This document shows, piece by piece, positions 1 to 12,900 of a stretch of 64,000 nt of DNA. This stretch comes from Octopus sinensis. Taxonomy: Eukaryota. Under the pieces are notes generated by a model. The model was not told the DNA's origin and ran no database searches. It saw only the letters and a program-made list of their open reading frames with translations. The DNA is taken from assembly GCF_006345805.1 (NCBI RefSeq), contig NC_043007.1:23436001-23500000 (forward strand). Direction: 5' to 3'. The translations under genes were made by a program, and so were the position numbers. How positions within the stretch are numbered: the first letter of the stretch is position 1; the number at the start of each line of letters is the position of its first letter.

Positions 1-131
1 TCTGATGAAGAGCTCCGCTCGAAACGTTAAATCCTCCTTCTTTCTTTCCTTTCTTTAGCGTCCAATAACACTGTACTTATTCCACGTCCTCGCGTTGCTG
101 TGTTTTCTCTTTGTTCATGTTTGGATTAACT
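1..131 (+). mobile_element. Penelope-like pseudo-LTR fragment with minimal hammerhead motif (family A)
   Basis: CTGATGA-A-GAGC-tcc-GCTC-GAAA-CGTT at 2-28; the downstream tail resembles the copies at ~4500 and ~11320. Confidence 0.7.
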
Positions 132-317
132 ATAAAAAGAGTAGATTTTAAAGCATTTCATTTCTAAAATTCCCTATTTCACTAATAACAAAAAAAAAAC
201 TACAAATTAGTTACAACATGTAAAGCTGTTTTGGTGGAGTAGGTGTGAATCGTAGATGTTTGTTCGTTATCCTTTTCTAAGTTTTACTATACGCAGTTTC
301 GTGTAAAATACGCCTCA

Positions 318-569
318 CAGGGTTGGCCAAAAGTCTCCCGACAGTAAATCAAAATTCCATAAATACTTAATATTCAATTTTATTTATTCATTTCAATTAT
401 GAATGTTCACTAATTGAATACTGTTAGTTCAAATCACCGTTTTTTGTATTTTTTTTTATTTTTTCATCATTTGTCTATTTATTAGCGAAGTTTCATATAA
501 AATAGTTTTTTTGCTTTAATCTTGGAAAAGAGCTTTGATTTACTGCCAGGAAACTTTTGGTCAACCGTG
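318..569. mobile_element. Tc1/mariner-type MITE
   Basis: ~35-bp TIRs cagggttggccaaaagtctcccgacagtaaatcaaa / tttgatttactgccaggaaacttttggtcaaccgtg, followed by TA. Confidence 0.8.
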
Positions 570-588
570 TATGTGTATATATTTGTGT

Positions 589-632
<44 letters not shown>

Positions 633-1970
633 TTATATATGTATACCTTTTTTGTAACTATAAAGAATATTCTTTTTAAATAACTGGTGTAATTTGTATA
701 AGTTATTTATAAACCCCGGGAAACGCTAGAGACTTGCTGCTAGCAATATGTACTGGTTATATTAAGATATGCACTTCTAGTTAGCTTTTGAAATGCCTCA
801 CTGCATTAGATATGTTAGCGTTTAACCGACATATTGTTTTTCATGCGGATAGCGTCTGTAAATTATTTATTCTCTAAACAATCGCGTTTTCTTACGCCAA
901 TAAATGTATGTTTGCTTTATGATTCATTCAACACTACTTCGGCAAATGCTGGAGGAGCGGGGAAGGAAGTAATGCCTCGCTAATTAAGATAATAATTAAT
1001 AAAAGTAATTATCAATCATTGATTTAAATTAGCTTTTATTTGTTTTTGTTTTTATCATCACGTATCTATTTCTAGTTCTTTAGCTCTTAAATGTTAGCAA
1101 CAGATTTAAAATAAGACATTCAGAGGCATGGTTGTGTAGTTAAGAAGCTCACTTTGCAAACTTGTTGTTTCGGGTTCAGTCCCACTGCGCGGTACCTTGA
1201 ACAAACGTCTTCTACTGTAGCCCCAGGTTGACCAATGCTTTGTGAGAGGATTTGGTAGACGGAAACTGTATGGAAGCCTGTCGTATATATATGTGTGTGT
1301 GTGTTTGTCTATTACTTTACAACCGGTGTTGCTTTGTTCACGTCACAATATGTTAAATTCACGGTTCAGCAAATGTGTCCGATAGAATAATTATCGATTT
1401 GGCTACTATTTCTTGAAGTTCAAAGGACCACGTAGAGTAACAGTGAAGTCAGAATGCAAGTTGCCAGGATATATATAAGGATTTCTGAATTTCAATGCTC
1501 TAACAACTCTTCCATCTTGAAGCTGGTGATATTATGTCCGTTCGTCTTTATGATTTATATCTAAAACATAATTATAATGCTTCCATCGTTAAACTGAGAT
1601 TTTTAGCCTAAGGAGACTGACACCTTCCAATTTGTCATGTAATCACATTTTCTGACCTAAAAGTGCAAATGATAATTTGTTTACCCTCCGAGATGTAAAT
1701 GCAGTTAAACTAACGCTTAAGTAGGTATTAGTAGATTCTGGTACCAGAAGAAATATAGCGCCAATTAGTTCAAAGATAGTCTTCGATGGCGCGACAGAGC
1801 TTGCTAAAATTATTTTCGATATTAAGCTGATTTAGAAGAAGAAGAAGGAAAAAAAGCAGCACTAAAAATATTTTCCATATGTTTATCATTAATTTCACTT
1901 CCTCTGCCAAGTAGGACTGAAGACTAAACGGACCAAACGCGATAGCGTATGCAGTTTTCATTTGACTTAC

Positions 1971-1999
1971 CGGCAATAGCAGGCACAACAGCACCAGCT

Positions 2000-2043
<44 letters not shown>

Positions 2044-2257
2044 TGCAGCAGCAACAGTTGTAGCAGCAGTAGTAGTAGTAGCCACAATAGTAATAGTGGT
2101 AGTAGTAGTAGCAGCAACGGAAATAGTAGTAGTAGTAGTAGTTGTTGTTGTTGTTGTAGCAGCAGCAGCAGCGGTAGTAGTAGTAGTAGTAGTAGCCACA
2201 ATAGTAATAATGGTAGTAGTAGCAGCATCGGCAGCAACGTAAGTAGTAGTAGTAGTT

Positions 2258-2292
<35 letters not shown>

Positions 2293-2374
2293 TGTTGTTG
2301 TTGTTGTTGTTGTTGCAGCAACAACAGTTGTAGCAGTAGTAGTAGTAGTAGTAGTAGCCACGATAGTAATAATG

Positions 2375-2414
<40 letters not shown>

Positions 2415-2430
2415 AAGAGACCCAGGTCAA
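1971..2430 (-). CDS. Candidate Thr-rich (mucin-like) exon
   Basis: Open Thr/Ala/Val/Ile frame bounded by acceptor ttattcgtttattcattcgcAG| (2431-33) and donor CCG|GTAAGT (1971/1970). The body is a compound (TAC)n-type microsatellite, so it may be non-coding. Confidence 0.3.
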
Positions 2431-3226
2431 CTGCGAATGAATAAACGAATAATCAAAAATTATCTTTAACTCCGATACTTATTCTACCGGTGTCTTTTTC
2501 CCAAACCGCTAAGTTATAAGGACGTAAACAAACTGAAACCGTTTGTCAAGCGGTGATAGGAACAAACAACACAGACTCACAAACATTTATATTTTTCTTC
2601 AAATATATATGTACGCGCACGCGCGCACATAGTGACCAATGCTTTCGCCCCCATAAATCGCTTCTATAGATGCGAAACACTTTTAACTTCCTAAAATGTG
2701 TTACTGCTCTAATACTTTAGAATGTACTTCTTTTTCGGATATATGAATTACTGGCCGTTACGTTCTGAGTTCAAATTCCGCCGAGGTCGACTTTGCCTTT
2801 CATTCTTTCGGGGTCGATTAAATAAGTACCAGTTACGCACTGGAGTCGATATAATCGACTTAATCCGTTTGTCTGTCCTTGTTTGTCCTCTCTGTGTTTA
2901 GCCCCTTGTGCGTAGTAAAGAAATAGATATATATAGAGAGAGAGAGGTGGAGGCGCGCGGCTTAGTGGTTACGGTGTCAGCATCATGATCGTAAGATTGT
3001 GGTTTCGATTCCTGGACCGGGCGACGCGTTGTGTTCTTTAGCAAAACACTTCATTTCACGTTGCTCCAGTCCACTCAGCTGGCAAAAATGAGTAACGCTG
3101 AGATGGACTGGCGTCCCGTCCAGCTGGGGGAACACATACGCCATAGAAACCGGGCCCATGAACCTGGCTAGGCTTTAAAAGGGTGCATTTTATATTATAT
3201 ATATTATATATATATATATATATAAT

Positions 3227-3261
<35 letters not shown>

Positions 3262-4489
3262 CTCAGCGAGAGAGAGAGAGAAAATGTGTCGGAAATAACG
3301 GTTCAATGTGATCAAATGACCGAAAAAACAGGTGCAGGCCTGGCTGTGTGGTAAGAAGCTGCTTCCCAACCACATGGCCCCGAGTTCTGCTCCACTGCGT
3401 GACACCTTACACAAGTGTCTTCTACTATTGCTTTCGGGTCGATTAAAAACTTGTGAGTGAATTTGGTAGCCTGAAACTGAAGGAGCCAGTCGTGTGTGTG
3501 TATGTATATATACACACACATATATATATATATATATATAATATTATATATATATATATATATATATACTATATTATATTATATAATATGTATAATATAT
3601 ATATATAAATAATATAATATATATATATATATGTATGTGTTTTGTGTCTTTGGTTTGTGTTTTGTCCCCCACTACCGCTTAACAACCAGCGTTTGTATGT
3701 TTACGTCCCTGTAACTTAGCGGTTCGGTAAAATAACCGATAGAAGGAGTGCCAGGCTTAAATTAAATAAGTACTGGGGTAGATTCATTCGAGTAAAAATT
3801 CTACAAAGCGGTACTCCAGCATGGCCGCAGTCTAATGAGCTGGGGGTTTGGTAGAAGACACTTGCCCAAGATGCTACGCAGTGGGACTGAACCCAAGACT
3901 GGATGGATGAATGAGATGCAAGTCTCTTAACCACAGATCCACGCCTGGTATTTGAGCATGGTATTTGAGAAAATTCAAGTACAGGAGACACAATCAATAA
4001 ATACTCATACAGAGAAAAATAAATAAATATTGAATGATGGAGATAATAACACTTGCTGTATTGGACATTAACGCAATCCCATCTTCAAAAACAAAAATAA
4101 AAGATTTATTTAAGTTTAAAAATCAGATTGTCTTGCCGAAGATTATTTTATATCCATTACGACTATAAAAGCAAATGAGGAAATCCAAGCTGATTCCGTT
4201 GCTATTTCATTACAGGCGGATAATGTTCACGCGTTGAAAAAAAAACAGAAATGCACTTTACTGGGAAAGTTTGTCTGTTCGCTGCTGTGAAATGTAGTGT
4301 TGTTAGACGCTGACGACGCTTCTGTGTGCTTAAGAAGTTGGATTTGCAACCATATGACTTAGTGTTCGGTTCCACAATGCGGCACCATAAGCAACTATCA
4401 CATACTTTCGAATAGTCGTTTGCGCATATATATGTATATACATATATATACATATACATACATAGAGAGAGGGGGGGGGAGAATTCACA

Positions 4490-4660
4490 AAAGAAACAAA
4501 AGACAGGTGGTGTAGACAACAAACATATGTATTAGTATAACGCTCGGGAAGTGAAAAAGTTTTTAACGTTTCGGGCCTACGCTCTTCCACAGAAAGGAAA
4601 ACTGAAAGAAACAAGGAGAGAAAATAAAGAATGTGTAGTGGCTAGCGATCTACACACACA
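4490..4660 (-). mobile_element. PLE pseudo-LTR, family A, mutated HHR core
   Basis: Minus strand reads CTGTGGA-A-GAGC-gtag-GCCC-GAAA-CGTT-AAAA (4562-4595). Confidence 0.6.
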
Positions 4661-4667
4661 CACTATA

Positions 4668-4707
<40 letters not shown>

Positions 4708-4912
4708 GCAACCATCTAAGGGATATTAAATATCCTATATACTACTGGATGTATACCTACGTATTTATAACCAAGTGCTGACGATGCAGGGCAATATCGT
4801 AATATATCGTAATTGAATACTAATCAATTGATAAATAGATATAATTGAATGTTTATAGGCTGATTGTTTGTCGATGTTTATCCTCTCCATTATCTTATTT
4901 GCCTTATATATA

Positions 4913-4962
<50 letters not shown>

Positions 4963-5539
4963 TTACATAGTGTGTTGTAAAAGGTTGCCATATTTCGAGG
5001 CAAATGTGTCTTTCTTTCTTCTAGTTTTTCCTGCTGTTTTACTTTCATAACAACGTCTGCTGTTTATTGATATTCAGCAAATGGATGTTTCGATAATGTA
5101 GAACTAAACAGCTATAGGATAGACTATTATATGCTATTTTCCCAGTATGAAATGGTGCGCTTTCGGATATCCTAAGAGACTGCTGTCGTTGACACGCCAT
5201 AATATCTTTAAATTTTCTGTAGATTCAGGAATATAATAGAATATATTATAATAGAATCTTCAATAAATCTTATGACGTAAAATATCCTAACATAACTTGG
5301 AATTCTTTTTATTTTACTATGGTGTTGTAAGGTATTTTGGGGATATCATGGTTGAGATTGGCTTTGGCGTTTATGTAGTTATTTAAAGTGATATTTTCTT
5401 AGATATTTTCTTATGATATATCGTATCATATCATAAAGTTCTGACTGCAATATCGTACATCATATAACACACCTTGTTGTTCTGATAAATCAGTCCGTAC
5501 GTCCTTACATATAGACGGCGAGCTGGCTGAAACGTTAGC

Positions 5540-6460
5540 AGTGCCCACATTTTCTGTATGTTATATATTTCTGTATGTTATATATAATTGTAAGTCCTGA
5601 TGTTTTTGTTATGTATTTGTCTGAATATTTTTTATCATACCTAATGCGCCCACTATGATAGGAATTGTTTCCGTTTTTAGATTCCACGTCCATGTTAACT
5701 CTATTTCAAGGTCTTTGCATTTTGAAAGTTTCTCCATTTCTTTTAGAGAAACGTTGTCATCTGCTGGTATTGATACATCAATCAGAAAGCAGTTTTTTCT
5801 TCAGGTCGTTTTTTTCCATATGCTTGCTCAATCTCTGCGACATTATTGCAGTAAACGCTTTGTAAATTGTAGGGAGACAGGTTATTGAGGTTTTGCCGTT
5901 TGAGTGGATTTGGGAATTAGGATAGTTTTCCCTTTCGTGAGCCATTTAGGCATTGTGTCTGGCTATGCTAGTATGTCGTTAAAGTTTTCAGCCAGCTTTT
6001 CGTGTATTCCTGTCAGATATTTTATCCAGAAGTTGGGAATCTTGTCGTGCGCAGGTGCCTTCCAGTTGCTTTGCAGTGCCTGGGTGACCTCTTCAGTTGT
6101 TATAGGGGTTCAGAGTTGTTCCGGTGCTAAGTTCGTTGTTTTAATAGTCCTTTACTGAGGTTGTTCCTTCGCCAACCATATTTCTTTCCAAAATTCTTCC
6201 ACTTCTTCTGCTGTTGGTGCTACAGTGATGTCTATTCTATTTTTGCCAAGTTCTTGGTAGAATTTTGAGCGGTTGGAGTTTAATTGTTTGTTTTCTTCAA
6301 AGAAACGTTGGCAATTCTTATACCGGCGGATCCTTTGTGCTTTGGCAAGAATATCCTGCTTTAGCTTTTCTTTTACCTCAGGTAAATCTTTTTCTGTAAT
6401 GTTGTATTTGCACAGTATTTTTGTTTTCTTCTTGTTGCTTAGTAGTGTTGATTGTCTACT
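5540..6460 (-). mobile_element. R4/Dong-clade non-LTR retrotransposon, internally deleted and degenerate
   Basis: Minus-strand translation across frameshifts: KLKQDILAKAQRIRRY..FYQELGK..EEVEEFWKEIW..ILIPKS..ITCLPTIYKAFT joined to CFLIDVSIPADDNV..KDLEIE..IPIIVGALGMIKK (restriction-like endonuclease). It abuts (ATT)n at 6466-6552. Confidence 0.8.
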
Positions 6461-6461
6461 A

Positions 6462-6534
<73 letters not shown>

Positions 6535-6795
6535 GTTATTATTATTATTATAAATTCAGAATTGACTACCCAATTAAAGAATAAATCGAATTTAGAATAA
6601 CAAATTTCTATACAACATACTTTTTTCTTCCAATATGTAAGGAAAAATTTCATTCCCGACGAACGCCGGGTGCTTCTGCTAATATATATATATGTATGTA
6701 TGTATGTATGTATATGTATGTATGTATTATGTATGTGTGTGTGTATGTATGTATGTATATACGTTTATGTATATACATATATATGTGCATTATGA

Positions 6796-6836
<41 letters not shown>

Positions 6837-7404
6837 CATGTATGTATATATGTGTGTATGTGTGCTTTGTTCGTCACTGCTCATCGTCTGAACACCAGTG
6901 TTGCTTTGTTTGTGTCTCCCATAAGCTAGCGGTTCAGCCAAAGGAACAATAGAACAAATGCCAGACTTAAGTACTGCAATCGATTTGCTTGACCAAGCCT
7001 TTCAAGACGGTGCTCCAGCGTGGTACTAGTCCGATGATTAAAACAAGTGAAGGCTAAAAGATAAAGATCCCTAAGGTGCTGATACTCTAATTGCATATCC
7101 ATTTGTTCACATCCTTAAAACGGACTTAAAATTACTCATTTTAGCGACTTCTCGAGCAACATGCCATTAACGATCTTCAGTTATTTGATATTTTCGAATA
7201 TATTTAATTCTAGCGAATACGTAATTCGTAGTTTAAAAAAACGAGGACATCAGTTAAGCGTCTAGACTGTTGGTTTGGGACGTAATTGCTTTTATCGTAA
7301 TCTCCCCGGCAGATTGATCTCTTATCATCAATGTGAGCAACCTCTCTTCACTTCTTGTTCTAGCCTCTTTGTATGTGCGCTCACAGACACGTGTGTGTAC
7401 GCAG

Positions 7405-7454
<50 letters not shown>

Positions 7455-8193
7455 GTATATGTACAAACACAGAGTGGGGGAAAGAGAGGGAAAGAAATTC
7501 CTGATAAGAATCATGAGTAGACGAAAACTCGTCTAAGAACACATAAAGCTAATTTTAATCATTGCCTAGCGGCAATTCTGGTGGATCAATTGCCTACTTA
7601 GAAATATATTTAATAAATTGGAATTATACTAATACGTCTGCGGATTAGCTGAAGTGATAGAATGCCAGAATAAATGTATTGCTGTGTGTAGTTACGTCCC
7701 TATATTCTTCGACTATGAAGCGGCTGGCTGGTAGAATTGTTAAGCATGCCGGGCAAACTGCTTCGGCGGCTTTACGTTCTGAGTTCACATCCGTCGACGT
7801 AGACTTTGCCTTTCATCCTTACCTCACAAAATTTCAGATCTTGTGCCTGTAGTGCAGAATAAGTTCTTTGCGTACAAATTTAAAGGTTATCGAAACTAAG
7901 CGGCTTTCTTTCTTTTTTTCTTTTTTTGTTTTACACTCCCGGTGTACTTTGGAATTAATTTCCCTTGCTGTGACTCTTGGATTTGTTTTCTAATAAATAT
8001 CACTGGGATGTTTTGGGTTACCATACTCTCTTGATAGTGATATATATATATATAAAGTGAGCTAGTTTTCTGTAAGAAACCTGCATGTTTCAATAGTAAT
8101 ATCCGCATGTTTTCAATAGTAATATATGTAACACTTACTAAATGTGTTATGTACGTCTGTTTTCCATTTCTCCACTCACTCGTGTATATGTAT

Positions 8194-8267
<74 letters not shown>

Positions 8268-8364
8268 GGATGGATGGATGGATGGATGGATGGATGGATA
8301 TATAGATAGATATAGATATCATCATCATTATCATCATCATCATCAATATTATTTAAAGATGATT

Positions 8365-8560
8365 CGACTTCATGCGGCTCAGTTTCGCAGGCTTCTTACA
8401 GGGACCTAGTTTATACAGGCTCAGTTTACCGAATGGAGAGATACAGAAAGTCCAAGATGGGTGCCGAAAATTGGGTTACTATTGATGAAGGCAGTCCACC
8501 ATGTAAAACTGAGCCCGAATAAGCTAGTTTTCTGTAAGAAACCTGCAAAACTCAGAGTCG
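8365..8560. mobile_element. MITE with ~60-bp imperfect TIRs
   Basis: cgact..ctcagtttcgcaggcttcttacag..ctagtttatacaggctcagttt mirrors aaactgagcccgaataagctag..ctgtaagaaacctgcaaaactcagagtcg. Confidence 0.65.
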
Positions 8561-9039
8561 TATGGAGCGGAATCCACCTGTTTTAAATAATAATATATGT
8601 ACACTTACTAAATGTGCTATGTCCACTCACTCGCCGCGTGTGTATATACATATATATATATAATATATATATATATAATATATATATATATATTATATAT
8701 ATATACACACACACTCACACACACACACCGCACGTACATACTTCACACACACATGCAAACAATCATGTAGGCACATACATACATACATATCCCACATGCA
8801 CACCCTTACACTGAATGCCCACACATACACCTTTTTGCATCAGGCAGCCCCCCCTCTTTTCTGCTTTCCGGTTTTGGCTGATGGATCCTCGGTTCCAGGT
8901 AGCGGGGCGTCGAGGGCCTTTGCGCTCGCGCGTCTTGGCGCGCGTTGGGGCTTGGTCGGCCCCTTGGGCTTGCGTTGTACTGCTTGTGCGTTGTGTGCGT
9001 GAGCGCGCTTCGTGTGTGTGGGCTTGCTTCGGATGTGCG

Positions 9040-11105
9040 CGTGCATATGTATGCATACATACCCACACACTCGCATGCATCTCTACCCACATACATACAC
9101 GCACACCTACTCACACACACTCATACACACACATACCTGCACACACCACACACATACATACACATACATACTCTTCAGACATACACACACACAGACATAC
9201 ACCCATACACTCACACTCACACGCATACACACACATACACACGCACACGTACACATACACACACACAACACACACACACTTACATACATACATACATTAC
9301 ACTTGTATACACATACACTTACATTTCATACCACACACAACTACACAGCCATACCCTCACTCAGACACACACATCTACCTACACACACACACAACACACA
9401 GGACACACACCCATACATACATACATCTACACACACACGCCTACACACATACATACACACATACATAAACAACACACACATACACATATACACACATACG
9501 CCACACACACATATACTTATACACATGCACACACACACACATACATACATACACCCATATACATACACACACCACATACCCCACATACTCCTATACGCAC
9601 ATACATACACCACAAACATACACACACACATACTTACACACACCTCACCTGCCACCTGCACGCGCACACCACTGCATGACAACACCCATACACTCAACCC
9701 TCACACGCAACACACCAACATAAACACGCCACTACCCGCCACACACACACCTACACTCCCACACACATACACAACGCACCTACATACACACACGCACGCA
9801 TACACACGCATACACACATACATTACAACACGTACACACACCCTACATACACATGCATACCACACACCACAAACATGCACGGACACAACCCAGACATACA
9901 CACATACACCTATATACACACGCCCACACACCTACATACACACACATATACACACGCCCACACACCTACATACACACACATACATACACACACATACACG
10001 GACACACCCATACATACTTACATACATACACCTATACACACCGCCTACACACCTACATACACACACATGCATACACACACACACCATGTACGCACATACA
10101 CACACATATACGCACATACATATATACCCACACATGCACACACACACACATACCACATGCATGCATGCATGCACACGCGCACACCCTACACGCATACAAC
10201 ACCACCGCACGTACATACATACATACACACACGCATACATACACCCATACACATACATGCATCCTAAACACACATACATACACACTCACACATACACACA
10301 CACACACACACTCACCTCAACACCTGTGTAGTACGCGCACACACATGCATACATACACACTCTTCCCCACACCCACACGTACATACATACACACTCACAC
10401 ACATACACACACACACACGGACATACATCTATGCACACACATACATACACACATACTACCATACATTCATCGGACACACTGCCACCCAGACATACACACA
10501 GACACACTCACACATCCACACACATACATACTTACGCGCAGACTCGCAGGCGCGCGCACGCACGCGCTTGCGCCGGTTCGCGCACGCATACGCGCCGCAT
10601 GCACCTCGCTCTTGGACCCGACGAGACCTCCCGCCCGTTCCTGGGACCGTCACGTGTCGTTGGGTTTTCCCACGCCCGTCTCCGCGGGACCACTCTTCCA
10701 TCTTCCCCTCAGCTGGAGTCCTTTTTTCCTTAACCCCCCCCCCTTTTTCGTTACACACACGCGCACACATATACACACATTGCTTAAATATATACATTAC
10801 TCTTACACACATTCAATCTACTCGCCATTAATAACCACCACGACCACTGGACACACCACACACTACTACTCAACACACGCTGGCACGCTACATACGCCGC
10901 CCCCCCGTTCCTTCCCTCCCTCCCTTCCTCCTTCCTTCTTTTTCTTACTACTGACCTTGTCTGCTAAGCTGACATAGTCTCGCCCTACCTCACACGCCTA
11001 CACACAGACCGCACACACTAACACACATATATTTTTTTGTTTTTTCATCTCGCCTCACACACACACATACACACACGCACACGCACACACTCACACATAC
11101 ACACA
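9040..11105. repeat. Degenerate (CA)/(CATA)-rich tract
   Basis: Visible directly; source of many spurious H/T/Y ORFs. Confidence 0.9.
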
Positions 11106-11109
11106 CATC

Positions 11110-11410
11110 TGTTGCGTTACCAACCTTGTCTCCACTCTTTTGCCTTTAAAAACCCACTTTGCTCTTGTTATCGTAAACATCCCGCCCTTCAACCATTTGC
11201 AACTCGTAAACACCAGTCGTCTTTTTTCTCTTTCCCTGTTGCCCGCTCTGGGATCTTTCTTTCCTCTCTCTTCCTTCTTTATGTTTCCGACGAAGAGCTC
11301 CGCTCGAAACGTCATACCTCCCTGCTTCCATTTCCTGAGCGCCTATTAATAATAATACTGTAATTGTTCCATTGTTGTTGTTTTTTTGTTTCCCGTTTGG
11401 ATTAAATTAT
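11110..11410 (+). mobile_element. PLE pseudo-LTR, family A, HHR-like motif
   Basis: CCGACGA-A-GAGC-tcc-GCTC-GAAA-CGTC at 11287-11313; the element ends in a (TA)n array. Confidence 0.6.
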
Positions 11411-11447
11411 ATATATATATATATTATATATTTATATATATATATAT

Positions 11448-11485
<38 letters not shown>

Positions 11486-11550
11486 TATATAGATATATAT
11501 ATATATACAAATAGAATATACATATACATATATATATATATATATATATA

Positions 11551-11745
11551 ATTATTATTATTACCTATGAGTTCTTATTCCCATACTAGCTACCAGATAT
11601 GATCGGTATTTTAATAACGATCTTATCCTTATTCATATAAGGCACAGCCACTCCTTATATGAATAAGGATAAGATCGTTATTTAAAATACCGATCATATC
11701 TGGTAGCTAGTATGGGAATAAGAACCTCATAGGTAATAATATAAT
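11551..11745. repeat. Near-perfect hairpin element in (TA)n
   Basis: ~90-bp arms differing by a couple of 1-nt indels; loop CACAGCCACT at 11643-52. Confidence 0.9.
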
Positions 11746-12404
11746 TATATATATATATAATTTATTTGTATATGTATAATTCTACTCTTATGGGGCTTTA
11801 TTTTACTCTGAAAGTAATACCTTTGTATTGCATTATCATTTTCATTATAATATATATATATTCTATAACATATATATATATAGATATATATATATATGTA
11901 TATATATATGCATGTATCTATGTGTATGTGTGTGTGTGTGTGTATACAGTTTGTTGAAGGAATCTGTTGAGATCCAAACTTGTGTGAAGAATACATCCAA
12001 GCACCTCTTCCTCCCCCTCTTGATTGTTTTTAATTCTTTCGTACGCGGTAAAGGGGGGGGGTACAGCGGGGTCGGGGCGGGACCGGACCGAGGGGGAGGA
12101 CGAGGCATTTGCCAACGTAATTCCCTAATCATGTATACACGTTTTAAGTCAATGCCGGTTCCAATTACACTTAATTCAGATTCCAACAAAAGAAGCACTT
12201 GTTTTGTTTTTTGGGTTCATTTTTGCTTTTGTTTTTGTTTATTTATTTATTGTTGTCTTTTTTTTTCTTTTTTTTTTTCGTTTATTTGCTCCAACCCTCC
12301 ATTATATAATAATAAGATTCGGGAAGAAAAAAAATTTGGTTGTAGGATGGGATGGGTTGGGTGTGGAATACATAATAAAAACGTCAACATCAACAAAAAC
12401 ATAG

Positions 12405-12513
12405 TTTTCATCATCATCATCATTATCGTCATCGTCATTATCATCCTTATCGTCATTCTCATCATCATCATCATCATCATCATTATCACCATCATCATCG
12501 TCGTCGTCTTCAA

Positions 12514-12546
<33 letters not shown>

Positions 12547-12595
12547 GCTCATCGTCATTCTCATCATCATCATCGTCATCGTTGTCGTCGTCGTC

Positions 12596-12630
<35 letters not shown>

Positions 12631-12900
12631 GCTCATCGTCATTCTCATCATCATCATCATCATCATTATTTTCATCATCATCCTCGTCGTCTTCGTCATC
12701 ATTATCGTCATCATAATCATCATCACCATCATGCTCATCATCATGCTCCTCTCATGCTCATCATCATCATTACCATCATCATGGTCGTTGTCCTCATCAT
12801 CATCATCATCGTCATCATCATTATGCTCATCATCATCATCATCATCATTATGCTCATCATCATCATCATCATTATCATCATCAATCTCATTATCATCATC
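12405..12900. repeat. (ATC)n compound microsatellite
   Basis: Visible directly. Confidence 0.95.

Noticed and set aside
711-744. Helitron-like 3' end (ccccggggaaacgc..ctgctag)
   Set aside because: Degenerate, ends CTAGC rather than CTAGT, and no matching 5' end found.
4776-4815. CTGACGA-T-GCAGGGC in a (TA)n-flanked insert
   Set aside because: No 3' half of stem II and no GAAA; at most a deleted HHR.
8760-11105. Long H/T/Y-rich ORFs (up to 439 aa) and GC-rich islands at ~8860-9040 and ~10540-10740
   Set aside because: The ORFs are translations of (CA)/(CATA) repeats. The erratic GC patches and homopolymers here and at ~11960-12120 look like unpolished long-read sequence; raw reads are needed before any biological reading.
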